36,665 bases of DNA, taken from Sandaracinaceae bacterium. Its GTDB lineage: Bacteria > Myxococcota_A > Polyangia > Polyangiales > JADJQN01. The notes under the pieces are model-generated. The model ran no database searches. It was given only the letters and a program-made list of their open reading frames with translations, and was not told where the DNA came from. The position numbers and the translations under genes were made by a program. The stretch spans positions 1-36,665 of the forward strand of contig CANKOL010000007.1 of NCBI GenBank assembly GCA_947483975.1, read 5' to 3'. Position 1 is the stretch's first letter. Each line of letters opens with the position of its first letter. Shown in pieces: positions 9,870-18,926 of this stretch.

Positions 9870-10097
9870 ATCCGGCCGACGCGAAGAATCCTGGCGACCG
9901 TCGTCGTCCTTCTCGCGGTCTGCCAGAGCGCCGGCGCCGGGCAGCCTCGGCGGCATCGACGACCGCAGCAGCCGAGCGCCGCAGACGCGACCCAAGCCGC
10001 GAATGACGCCTCCGCGCGTAGTCGCTTCGACGCGGGCTTCACGTTCGACGATGCGGGCGGCTTCGAAGAGGCTCGGACCGAGCTCCAGGCGCCTTGA
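9870..10097 (+). pseudogene. Possible fragment of a secreted TPR-type gene
   Basis: Open frame IRPTRRILATVVVLLAVCQSAGAGQ...ARSRFDAGFTFDDAGGFEEARTELQAP-stop has a signal-peptide-like start and a TPR-like helix pair but no in-frame ATG/GTG/TTG. Confidence 0.3.
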
Positions 10098-10136
10098 GAG
10101 CCATCACACCGGCATCGGTTCCCGCACGACTGCCGC

Positions 10137-12446
10137 TCAGCGAATGAGCGGCAAGCGTCGCTTGCCCGCACCCTCGCGCGCCTGCGCGGGGGTCGCTGAG
10201 AGCGTGTCGTACACGGCCAATCCATCAGCGCCGACGCGTCCGAAGCTGAGCACGCCCGTCGGGCACGCTTGCACGCACGCCGAGCAGCGCACGCACTGCG
10301 GATCCTCCATCGGCGCGCCGCGACTCGCGAAGCCCATCACGTCGACGCCCTGGTGACAGACGCTCGTGCAGACGTTGCACGAGATGCACTTCGGTTTGTC
10401 GGCGAAGATCCGAAAACGCGTGAACCGCGCGTACACATTCATCAGCGCGGCGAGCGGGCAGGCGAAGCGACACCACACCCGCCCGGACGCCCAGAAGTAG
10501 AAGCCGACGCCCACGATGCCTGACAAAAACAGGTCGACGAAGTGATAGTAGTCGACGTGCACGCCGAAGAGGTGCGCGTCGCTGAGCGCCGCGTAGAACC
10601 ACTTGCCGAGGTGCCGCCCGACGACGGAGTGCGGCCAAGTCCACGAGACGAGGCGCATCACGAAGAGGAGCGTGACGACGCCGAGAATCCCTTGGCCGAC
10701 GAGGTTGAGGCGATTCCAGAGCGGTCCGTGCGGCATCTTCTCGCGCTCGGTGTCGCCGAGCGTCTCGGCGAGCGCGCCGCACGAGCAGAGGAAGCCGCAA
10801 TACGCCCCTTTGCCCCAGCGCCAGACCATCAGCGGGATCACGACGAAGGTCTGCACCCCGCCGATCGCGAGCCACCAACCCATCGGTTGCGCGGTGAAGG
10901 CGTTCCAGATGAAGAGCGGCCACGCGAGGATGAACCCGCAGGAGCGCCAATACTCGCGCCCTTGCGGGTCCCACGGCACCACGGGGAAGAGGTTGTCGGC
11001 GACGGTCTTCCACGCGCCGTGATCGAAGGCGCCGAGGTGCCCCAGCCACGGCAGCAGGAGATACGGCAGCAGAAACAGCGGGCCGACCTGCACGGAGATC
11101 AGCGTGAGAGTCTGCGCGGTGACGTAGGGAGTTCGACGGCGCCGGATGCGTGCCATTCCGAACGCGACGACCGCGACGGAATACGCGAGCGAGTAGTAAA
11201 AAGCGGGCTGTCCGAGCGAGATGCGGAGTGTGCCGAAGACCGTCGCGGGGTCGCGCCCGAGGTCCGCGAGCGCGCCGGGCACCCAGTATGGGAACCAGCG
11301 GTGCTGCACGAAGAGCGCGTTGAGCGTGCCATTGCCCTTCCACAGGCCGAGGAAGGTGCAGAGCGCGACGAACGCCGCCAAGCCCGCCGCGGCGCGGAGC
11401 GTCCGCTCGCCGCGAATCGGCACTCCCGAGCGCCGAAAGAAGTCGAGCGGCGCCTCGCGCCCGATCAGGACGAAGACTTGGTCGCTCGGCACCGCTTCTG
11501 TTCGAACGGCCTCTCCTGCTGCGCCGACCTCGAGCGTGACCGCTTCGGGGCGAATCTCCCGCACCTGCGCGCTCGCCAAGAGGCGGAGTCGCGGGGCGTC
11601 GCCGGGCGCGCGCGCGAGCGCGTCGAGGCTCATGAGATTGTCCGGCTTGAGGCGCGTGAGCGCGGCGCTGCGGTGCGCGAGGGTGACGCGCGCGCCGGCG
11701 TCAGCGAGCGCGATCGCAGCCTCCGCCGCGCTGTCGCCTCCGCCGACGACGAGCACGGATTTGCCCATGAAAGAGGCGGGATCGAGCAGTCGATGGCGGA
11801 CGTGATCGCCGTCCTCGCCGGGCACGCCGAGCGTGCGATGGGCGCCGCTGCGGCCGAGCGCGACGACGACGCGGAGCGCGCGCACCTCCGTGGTGACGCC
11901 GCTGGCCGCCCCGTGTACGACGAGCTCGCCGCGGCGCGACTCGACGTGCGTGACGTGCAGCGTGCGCGGTTCGATGCCGGCGCTCACGCGCTGCGCCTCG
12001 AGGTCGGCGAAGAGCGCCTCTTTGGTGTCACCGCGGATCACCAATTCGCTCGCTGGCTCGAGCGCGAGCGGATAGGTGAAGATGGGCTTTCGCGCCGGGA
12101 AGTCCGTGATCGTCGCGAGCGACAGCCTCGACTCGAGGACGACGAACGAGAGCCCCGCCTTCTTCGCCTCGAGCGCCGCCGAGAGGCCGGCGACTCCACA
12201 GCCGAGGATCGCGAGGTCGAACACGTCGGTGTCCTGCCCGCGGCGCGCGGCGAACTCGGGCTCCGACAGCAGCGCGCGCACAGCCTTTGCACCGGATTCG
12301 GCCGCAAATTTCAGGAGCGGGACGCCCGCGAGGTCCCCGACGACGCGCAGCCCGGGGACGCGCGTCAGCCCGCCTTCGCGCACCTCGGGGACCGACTCGA
12401 CCCGGCCGGCGGGCCATCTCCCATGGAGCCAATCGAAGTAGCGCAT
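10137..12446 (-). CDS. FAD/NAD(P)-dependent oxidoreductase fused to a NapH-like membrane 4Fe-4S domain
   Basis: GCGVAG and VVGGGDSA dinucleotide motifs; several TM helices; YCGFLCSCG and WCRFACP motifs; two CxxCxxCxxxC(P) ferredoxin motifs at the C-terminus. Confidence 0.85.
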   Translation of the reverse strand: MRYFDWLHGRWPAGRVESVPEVREGGLTRVPGLRVVGDLAGVPLLKFAAESGAKAVRALLSEPEFAARRGQDTDVFDLAILGCGVAGLSAALEAKKAGLSFVVLESRLSLATITDFPARKPIFTYPLALEPASELVIRGDTKEALFADLEAQRVSAGIEPRTLHVTHVESRRGELVVHGAASGVTTEVRALRVVVALGRSGAHRTLGVPGEDGDHVRHRLLDPASFMGKSVLVVGGGDSAAEAAIALADAGARVTLAHRSAALTRLKPDNLMSLDALARAPGDAPRLRLLASAQVREIRPEAVTLEVGAAGEAVRTEAVPSDQVFVLIGREAPLDFFRRSGVPIRGERTLRAAAGLAAFVALCTFLGLWKGNGTLNALFVQHRWFPYWVPGALADLGRDPATVFGTLRISLGQPAFYYSLAYSVAVVAFGMARIRRRRTPYVTAQTLTLISVQVGPLFLLPYLLLPWLGHLGAFDHGAWKTVADNLFPVVPWDPQGREYWRSCGFILAWPLFIWNAFTAQPMGWWLAIGGVQTFVVIPLMVWRWGKGAYCGFLCSCGALAETLGDTEREKMPHGPLWNRLNLVGQGILGVVTLLFVMRLVSWTWPHSVVGRHLGKWFYAALSDAHLFGVHVDYYHFVDLFLSGIVGVGFYFWASGRVWCRFACPLAALMNVYARFTRFRIFADKPKCISCNVCTSVCHQGVDVMGFASRGAPMEDPQCVRCSACVQACPTGVLSFGRVGADGLAVYDTLSATPAQAREGAGKRRLPLIR

Positions 12447-12494
12447 GGCTCTCTCGGGTTCGTACGGCGACGGCGCGGGCCGCGCGCCGGGCGC

Positions 12495-13205
12495 TCAGCC
12501 GAGCGGGATACCGATCGTCAGCGCGGCCAGATCTTGCTCGGAGGCGGCCTCGATGCGCGTCGCGAATTCCGCGCGCAGCATCTGCTTGGTCCGCGCAAAC
12601 GCGACGTCCGGCAGCGTCGCCATCGCGCGCGCCTCGACGAGCGCGAGCTCGGTCAGCGCGTGCGGCGGCACCACTCGATCGACCATGCCCTTCTCGAGCG
12701 CGACGCCAGGCAAATACAGCTCGCCGCGCAGCACGGCGCCGGTCCACGAGGTCGGCGGGAGCGTCGCCTTCACGAGCTCACAGCCGAAGGTCGGCAGCGG
12801 GATCCCGATCGCGACCTCCCGGAGGCCGATGTGGAAGCTACCCTCCGCCATGATGCGGTAGTCGCTCGCGAGCGCGAGGATCGCGCCGCCCGCGATCGCG
12901 TGCCCGCCGACGGCGCACACGACGGGGCGCGGAAACAGAAACAGCCGCAGCATCAGCTGCTGATAGTCCCGCACGAAGGAGCGCAGCCCGTCGCGCCCGA
13001 GCGTCGGCAGCACCTTCAGGTCGAGCCCCGCGCAGAAGCGCCCCTCGCGCCCCTCGAGGAGCACCGCGCCCACGTCGCGCTCCGCGAGGTCGAGCGCCGC
13101 GCTCAGCTCCGCGACCCAGCGAGCCTCGATCGTGTTGGCCTTTCCGTCGTCGAGCCTGATGCGCAGCACGCGCCCATCGAGTGTGGAGTGGAGCTTGTCC
13201 GCCAT
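12495..13205 (-). CDS. Enoyl-CoA hydratase/isomerase (crotonase) family protein
   Basis: KANTI, FCAGLDL, PVVCAVGGHAIAGGAILALASDYR, IGLREVAIG; start trimmed to ATG 13205. Confidence 0.92.
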   Translation of the reverse strand: MADKLHSTLDGRVLRIRLDDGKANTIEARWVAELSAALDLAERDVGAVLLEGREGRFCAGLDLKVLPTLGRDGLRSFVRDYQQLMLRLFLFPRPVVCAVGGHAIAGGAILALASDYRIMAEGSFHIGLREVAIGIPLPTFGCELVKATLPPTSWTGAVLRGELYLPGVALEKGMVDRVVPPHALTELALVEARAMATLPDVAFARTKQMLRAEFATRIEAASEQDLAALTIGIPLG

Positions 13206-13291
13206 GCGGCGGAGCATCGCGGCGCGGCTCGCACTGCGCAAGCGGAACGCACGGTGCGCGCACGTCGCGGCGTGCGCTAAGCTGCCGGCGC

Positions 13292-14353
13292 ATGCCGACC
13301 GCAGAGCGCGAGTGGATGATCTATGGGGCGACGGGCTACACGGGGATGCTCATCGCCGAGCGCGCCGCAGAGGAAGGCCTCAAGCCGGTGCTCGCCGGTC
13401 GAGACGACGTGAAGGTCCGCGCGATCGCGGGGCGCCTCGGTCTGCCGTGGCGCGTCTTCTCGCTCGACGACCCGCACGCCGCGAGAGAGGGCGTCGCGGG
13501 CATGGCCCTCGTGCTCCACTGCGCGGGGCCGTTCTCGGCGACGAGCCGCCCGATGCTCGACGCCTGCCTCGCGGGGCACGCGCACTACCTCGACATCACG
13601 GGCGAGATCGACGTCTTCGAGGCCTGCTATGCGCGGGACGCCGAGGCGAAGGCGCGCGGCATCGTCGTCATGCCTGGAGTCGGCTTCGACGTGGTGCCCA
13701 CGGACTGCCTCGCGCGCCTGCTCGCGCATCGCCTCCCCGGCGCGACCAAGCTCGAGCTAGGCATCGCGGCGCTCGGCAAGATCAGCCAGGGCACCGCGAA
13801 GAGCGCGACGGAGGGGCTGCCGCAGGGGACGCGCGCGCGCCGCGCCGGGAAGGTCACCAAGATCGCGCCGCTCGTGCGGACGATCGAGTTCGCGGGCAAG
13901 TCGCGGAAGGCGATGGCGATGTCGTGGGGCGACGTCGCGAGCGCGTATCGCACGACGGGCATCCCGAACATCACCGTGTACATGGCGTTCCCGCCCGCGA
14001 TGATCACGACGGCGCGCGCCGTGCGACACCTGATGCCGGCGCTCGGCCTCGCGCCCGTGCAGCGCACGCTCAAGTCGCTGATCGAGCGCCGCGTCTCGCC
14101 GCCGACCGCCGAGGAGCGCGCGCGCGGACGTTCGCTCGTGTGGGGGCGCGTCGAGGACGAAGCCCATCGCTGCGTCGAAGGCCAGCTGAGCTGCGGCGAG
14201 GGCTACGACTTCACCGTCGCCTCGTCGCTCGCGATCGTCAGCAAGGTCCTCGCTGGCGCGGCGCCCATCGGCGCGACGACGCCCGCGCGCGCGCTCGGGG
14301 GCGACTTCGTGCGCACGCTGCCGGACGTCACCGTGACGCTCGCCGGGGCGTGA
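13292..14353 (+). CDS. Saccharopine dehydrogenase-like NADP-binding protein (trans-acting enoyl reductase family)
   Basis: YGATGYTG, LAGRD, LHCAGPF, YLDITGE, GVGFDVVPTD, SQGT; start trimmed to ATG 13292. Confidence 0.9.
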   Translation: MPTAEREWMIYGATGYTGMLIAERAAEEGLKPVLAGRDDVKVRAIAGRLGLPWRVFSLDDPHAAREGVAGMALVLHCAGPFSATSRPMLDACLAGHAHYLDITGEIDVFEACYARDAEAKARGIVVMPGVGFDVVPTDCLARLLAHRLPGATKLELGIAALGKISQGTAKSATEGLPQGTRARRAGKVTKIAPLVRTIEFAGKSRKAMAMSWGDVASAYRTTGIPNITVYMAFPPAMITTARAVRHLMPALGLAPVQRTLKSLIERRVSPPTAEERARGRSLVWGRVEDEAHRCVEGQLSCGEGYDFTVASSLAIVSKVLAGAAPIGATTPARALGGDFVRTLPDVTVTLAGA

Positions 14354-15438
14354 GCGTGAGCGTCGGCGCAGGGATCGACGCGGCGCGTCCCGTGCGCGCG
14401 GGCGAAGAGCTCGACGTGGGCAAGCTGAGCGCGTTCCTCGAGGCGCACCTCGTGGGCGGGCTCGGCGGCGCGCTCGAGATCACGCAGTTTCCCGCCGGGC
14501 ACTCCAACCTCACCTACCTACTCCGCGCCGGCGAGCGCGAGTACGTGCTGCGGCGCCCGCCCTTCGGCAGCAAGGTCAAGAGCGCGCACGATATGGGGCG
14601 CGAGGTGAAGCTGCTCGCGCCGCTCAGCGCCGTGTATCCAAAGGCACCGAAGCCGCTCGTCTACTGCGACGACGAGTCCGTGCTCGGCGCGCCGTTTTAC
14701 GTGATGGAGCGGCTTCGCGGGCGCATCTTGCGGCACGCCGCGCCCAAGGACGTCGACTTCTCGGCGCCCGTCGCGCGCGCGCTCTCGGAGGCGCTGATCG
14801 ACGAGCTGGCCGCGCTGCACGCGCTCGACTGGCGCGCCGCGGGGCTCGGCGGGCTCGGCAAGCCCGAGGGCTACGTCGCGCGACAGGTGAGCGGCTGGAC
14901 GAAGCGCTCGCACGACGCGACGACGGACGCCGTGCCGGAGCTGGTGCGCGTCGGTGAGTGGCTCGCGGAGCATCTGCCGCCCGAGAGCGGCGCGGTCCTC
15001 GTTCACAACGACTTCAAGTACGACAACGTCGTGCTCGCGCCCGACGACGTCACGCGCATCGTGGGCGTGCTCGACTGGGAGATGTCCACGATCGGCGATC
15101 CGCTCGTCGACCTCGGCGTGACGCTCGGCTACTGGGTCGAGGCTGGCGACGACCCGCGCCTGCGCGCCCTGCCCTTCGGTCCGACCGATGTGCCGGGCTC
15201 CCTCTCGCGGCGCGAGCTCGCCGCGCGCTATGCGCAGGTGACGGGGCGCGACGTCTCGAAGGTCCTCTATTACTATGTTTTCGCGCTCTTCAAGACCGCC
15301 GTCGTCTTGCAGCAAATCTACTATCGCTACCGGCACGGGCTGACCCAAGACGAGCGCTTCGCGGCGCTCGGCGCGGCAGTCGCGCTCCTCGCAGAGACGG
15401 CGAGCCGGGTGCTCACGCGCGGAGTGATCGGACGTTGA
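14350..15438 (+). CDS. APH/choline-kinase-like phosphotransferase (ACAD10/11 N-terminal type)
   Basis: QFPAGHSNLTY, VLRRPP, AHDMGRE, PFYVME, HNDFKYDN, VLDWEMSTIGDPLVDLG; GTG start overlaps the upstream TGA. Confidence 0.9.
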   Translation: MSVSVGAGIDAARPVRAGEELDVGKLSAFLEAHLVGGLGGALEITQFPAGHSNLTYLLRAGEREYVLRRPPFGSKVKSAHDMGREVKLLAPLSAVYPKAPKPLVYCDDESVLGAPFYVMERLRGRILRHAAPKDVDFSAPVARALSEALIDELAALHALDWRAAGLGGLGKPEGYVARQVSGWTKRSHDATTDAVPELVRVGEWLAEHLPPESGAVLVHNDFKYDNVVLAPDDVTRIVGVLDWEMSTIGDPLVDLGVTLGYWVEAGDDPRLRALPFGPTDVPGSLSRRELAARYAQVTGRDVSKVLYYYVFALFKTAVVLQQIYYRYRHGLTQDERFAALGAAVALLAETASRVLTRGVIGR

Positions 15439-18047
15439 CCGAGCGCGCGAAGACGAGCGACGAGAGCGCCCCTGCGCGGTCGGCGAGGCATGCGCGGGCG
15501 CCCGAGGTGCTCGCGCCGGCGGGCGATCGACGCGCGCTCACAGCCGCGCTCGCGGCGGGCGCAGACGCCGTCTATCTCGGCCTCGACGAGGGCTTCAACG
15601 CGCGGGCGCGCGCAGAGAATTTCTCGCTCGAGACGCTGCCCGAGGTCGTCGCGGAGGTGCATCGCGCAGGCGCGCGGCTCTACGTCACGCTCAACACGCT
15701 CGTCTTCGAGTCCGAGCTGCCGCACCTCGAGCGCGTGATCCGCGGCATCGCCGACGCGGGCGCCGACGCGCTGATCGTGCAGGACTTTGCCGTCGCGCTG
15801 CTCGCGCGCGCCGTGTGCCCCGCGCTCGCGCTGCACGCGAGCACCCAGATGACGATCTCGAGCGCCGAGGGCGCAGAGGTCGCGCGCGGGCTCGGCTTCG
15901 CGCGGGTCGTCGTGCCGCGTGAGCTATCGGTCGACGAGGTCGGCCGCTTCGCCGCGGGCACCGACGTCGAGCTCGAGGTGTTCATCCACGGAGCGCTCTG
16001 CGTGTCGTGGAGCGGGCAGTGCCTGACGAGCGAGTCTTGGGGCGGGCGCAGCGCGAACCGCGGGCAGTGCGCGCAGTCGTGTCGCCTGCCGTACGACCTC
16101 GTCGTGGACGGCGAGACGCGCGATCTCGGCGACGTGCGCTACCTGCTCAGCCCGAGCGATCTCGCGGGCGCGGAGTCCGTGCCAGCCCTGCTCGCGCTCG
16201 GCATTCGTGGCCTGAAGATCGAAGGTCGTCAGAAAGGTCCGGGCTACGTCGCGACGAGCGTTGGCGGCTATCGGCGCTGGGTCGACGCCCTCACGCAGCA
16301 CGGCGGCGCGCCCGACGCCGACGCGCGCGCGACGCTCGCCCACGACCTGCGCGAGATGCAGCTCTCGTTCTCGCGCGGCTTCGGCGACGGCTTCCTCACC
16401 GACGTCGATCATCAGACGCTCGTCGAGGGGCGCGCACCGAAGCATCGCGGCGTGTACCTCGGGCGCGTTCGCTCAGTCGGCGCTCACGAGGTCGTCGTCG
16501 TGCGCGATCCGCTCGCGCGCGCGTCGAGCGCGCCCGTCGCAGCGGAGCTCGAGCTGCGCGCTGGCATGGGCGTCGTGTTCGACGACGGGCAGCCCGAGGG
16601 CGACGAGGCTGGCGGGCCGGTGTTCGACGTCGAGCCGCGCCGACTCGCGGGCGGTGCGCAGGCGCTCGCGCTGCGCTTCGGCACGCCGGGCCCGGACCTC
16701 GCGCGCGTCGCCGCAGGGCAGCGCGTCTGGGTGACGAAGGACCCGGCGATCGCGGTCCGCACAGAGAAGCTGCTCGAGCGAGGCGCGCCCGAGGGCCGCA
16801 TCGCGCTCACCTTGGCCGCACACGGCGCGGCGGGCTCGACGCTCGTCCTCGACGCGCGCGCCGGCGCTCACACAGCGCGCGTCGAGACCTCGGCGGCGCT
16901 GAGTCCGTCACGCGGGGCGGGCCTCGACGAGGCGCTCTTGCGCGACAAGCTCGGCGCGCTCGGCGGGACGCCCTTTCACCTCGCGACGCTCGACACGACG
17001 GGCCTCGCGCCCGGGCTGCACGTGCCGGTGTCCGAGCTGAAGGCGCTCCGACGCGCGCTCGTCACCGACCTCGAGGCGCAGACGCTCCGCGGGCCGGTGC
17101 GCGCCATCGCCGCAGGCAGCGTGCTCGCGCAGGTGCGCGCCGACGCGCAGGCCAAGCTCGACGCGCTCCCCACGCGCGGGCTCGACGACACGGCGCGGCT
17201 CCTCCCGCTCTGTCGCACGGACGCGCAGCTCGACGCCGTGATCGCCTCTGGCCTCGGCGAGGTCGAGCTCGACTGGATGGAGCTCGTCGGTCTCGGGCGC
17301 GCGGTCGAGCGGGCGCGCGCGGCCGGCCTGCGCGTCACGCTCGCGACGATGCGCGTGCAGAAGCCCGGCGAAGAGGGCTTCGACGCGCGGCTCGCCGCGC
17401 TCCGACCGGACGCCGTGCTCGTGCGGCACTGGGGCGCGCTCACCACGCTCTCACGCGCCTCCGACGGCGGCGAGCGCCCGCTGCTCCACGGCGACTTCTC
17501 GCTGAACGTGACCAACGGCTTGAGCGCGGCGCACGTGCTCTCGCTCGGCCTCGACACGCTCACCGCGGCGCACGACCTCGACGCCGTTCAGCTCGACGCG
17601 CTGCTCGACGCCTCCGTGCCCGCGCGCGTGACCGTCGTGCTCCATCACCACGTGCCGACCTTCCACACCGAGCACTGCGTCTACGCGCATCTGCTCTCGG
17701 AAGGGCGCGACTTCCGTAGCTGTGGGCGCCCGTGCGAGGCGCACTCCGTCTCGCTGCGCGATCGCACCGGCGACGCGCATCCCGTCATCGTCGACGTCGG
17801 CTGCCGCAACACGGTGTTCAACGCGCGCGCGCAGAGCGCTGCGTCCCTCGTACCGAAGCTGCTGCTCCGCGGAGTGCGGCGCTTCCGCGTCGAGCTCGTG
17901 CGCGAGACCGAAGCAGAGACCCGCGTCGTGCTCGCCGCCTACGCAGAGCTGCTCGCGGGGCGAATCAGCGCGCGGGAAGCGATCCGCCGCGTCGGCACGC
18001 ACGAGCAGTTCGGCGTCACGGCTGGCACGATGCGCGTGCAAGGCTGA
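15435..18047 (+). CDS. Long U32 family protein (RlhA-like, DUF3656-type C-terminus); probably an Fe-S RNA hydroxylase rather than a protease
   Basis: EVLAPAG, GADAVY, HASTQ, EVFIHGALCVSWSGQC, RSANRGQCAQSCR, LKIEGR; C-terminal HTEHC...CGRPC...CRNTVFN; TTG start overlaps the upstream TGA. Confidence 0.85.
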   Translation: MTERAKTSDESAPARSARHARAPEVLAPAGDRRALTAALAAGADAVYLGLDEGFNARARAENFSLETLPEVVAEVHRAGARLYVTLNTLVFESELPHLERVIRGIADAGADALIVQDFAVALLARAVCPALALHASTQMTISSAEGAEVARGLGFARVVVPRELSVDEVGRFAAGTDVELEVFIHGALCVSWSGQCLTSESWGGRSANRGQCAQSCRLPYDLVVDGETRDLGDVRYLLSPSDLAGAESVPALLALGIRGLKIEGRQKGPGYVATSVGGYRRWVDALTQHGGAPDADARATLAHDLREMQLSFSRGFGDGFLTDVDHQTLVEGRAPKHRGVYLGRVRSVGAHEVVVVRDPLARASSAPVAAELELRAGMGVVFDDGQPEGDEAGGPVFDVEPRRLAGGAQALALRFGTPGPDLARVAAGQRVWVTKDPAIAVRTEKLLERGAPEGRIALTLAAHGAAGSTLVLDARAGAHTARVETSAALSPSRGAGLDEALLRDKLGALGGTPFHLATLDTTGLAPGLHVPVSELKALRRALVTDLEAQTLRGPVRAIAAGSVLAQVRADAQAKLDALPTRGLDDTARLLPLCRTDAQLDAVIASGLGEVELDWMELVGLGRAVERARAAGLRVTLATMRVQKPGEEGFDARLAALRPDAVLVRHWGALTTLSRASDGGERPLLHGDFSLNVTNGLSAAHVLSLGLDTLTAAHDLDAVQLDALLDASVPARVTVVLHHHVPTFHTEHCVYAHLLSEGRDFRSCGRPCEAHSVSLRDRTGDAHPVIVDVGCRNTVFNARAQSAASLVPKLLLRGVRRFRVELVRETEAETRVVLAAYAELLAGRISAREAIRRVGTHEQFGVTAGTMRVQG

Positions 18048-18106
18048 GCGCGGGCGACAGCCTGGGGCCGCCGACCGCCGAGCCCCTCGACCTCGGAATG
18101 GCCGCC

Positions 18107-18436
18107 TCAGCTCGCGTTGCGGCTCGCCGCAGACGCCTGGAGCGCGCGCGCGAGCGTGACGAACGCGTACGCGACGAGACCGAGCGTGACCACCTGAGCG
18201 AGCAAGTCCGCGCAGCTCAGCGCGACGCCGAACGGGCGCGGATCGCCGCCTGCTTGGCGCATCGCCATCGCGCTCGCCCGGGAGCAGCAGGTCATCAGGA
18301 GCTGCAGGCCAGCGGCGGCCGAGAGCAGGTACGCCCCCGTCGCGCTCGCGCGCCGCACGAGCACGAGCGCCGCCACGACGGCGCCCAACATCGCCAAGAT
18401 CTTCATGACGAAGACCAGCCAGGCCACGATGCTCAT
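18107..18436 (-). CDS. Small hypothetical membrane protein (paralog of 18441-18785)
   Basis: About 109 aa with three hydrophobic segments; shares VR.A...A..L, TCC and LARAL.A with its neighbour. An alternative GTG start lies at 18448. Confidence 0.65.
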   Translation of the reverse strand: MSIVAWLVFVMKILAMLGAVVAALVLVRRASATGAYLLSAAAGLQLLMTCCSRASAMAMRQAGGDPRPFGVALSCADLLAQVVTLGLVAYAFVTLARALQASAASRNAS

Positions 18437-18440
18437 CGGC

Positions 18441-18785
18441 TCAAACACGCGCGCCTCCTTCGACTGCGGCGGCCGCGAGGGCGCGCGCGAGCATGATGGC
18501 GGCGCCGACGACCGCCCCCCAGAACACGACGACCTCGAGGAGCGCCCCGAGCTGAAAGACCGGCGACAGCGTGTGCATGATGTCCCAGTTGCCGGAGCGA
18601 CGAAGCCCCTCGCCGCCGAACTCGACACAGCACGTCGTCAGCATCCGAAAGGCGGCGCCGCCGGCGAGCACGAACCCCGCCCCCGCGTTCGCCTTGCGGA
18701 CGTAGAGCAGCCCGAGAAGGAGCAGCCCGAGCATCAGCAGCGTGGTGAAGCACGTGCCGGCGAGGTCGATGTAATCGCTTGGCAT
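18441..18785 (-). CDS. Small hypothetical membrane protein (paralog of 18107-18436)
   Basis: 114 aa, hydrophobic; same shared motifs; start trimmed to ATG 18785. Confidence 0.65.
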   Translation of the reverse strand: MPSDYIDLAGTCFTTLLMLGLLLLGLLYVRKANAGAGFVLAGGAAFRMLTTCCVEFGGEGLRRSGNWDIMHTLSPVFQLGALLEVVVFWGAVVGAAIMLARALAAAAVEGGARV

Positions 18786-18926
18786 CGCGCGTTCGTAGCG
18801 CGGAAGGCTCGAGTCGCACAAGAGCGTTGCGGTCCGCAAAACAGCTGCGGCGGCCAAGCGGTCGGCGGGCGAGACAGGATCCGCGACAGCGAGGGCGGAG
18901 GTGTGCCATGCTGGTGAAAACGAGCG

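Noticed and set aside
10542..13280. 912-aa plus-strand ORF (likewise 234-1844, 1594-3216, 2940-4742, 7882-10356)
   Set aside because: Antisense shadow frames of genes with clear motifs; stop codons are scarce in high-GC DNA.
13132..15438. 768-aa phosphotransferase and 1029-aa U32 (14958-18047) N-terminal extensions
   Set aside because: The extensions overlap real upstream genes; start codons overlapping the upstream stops (14350, 15435) explain the layout.
14350..15438. Aminoglycoside resistance gene
   Set aside because: Motifs (GHSNLTY, LRRPP, AHDMGRE) are those of the ACAD10/11-like metabolic subgroup.
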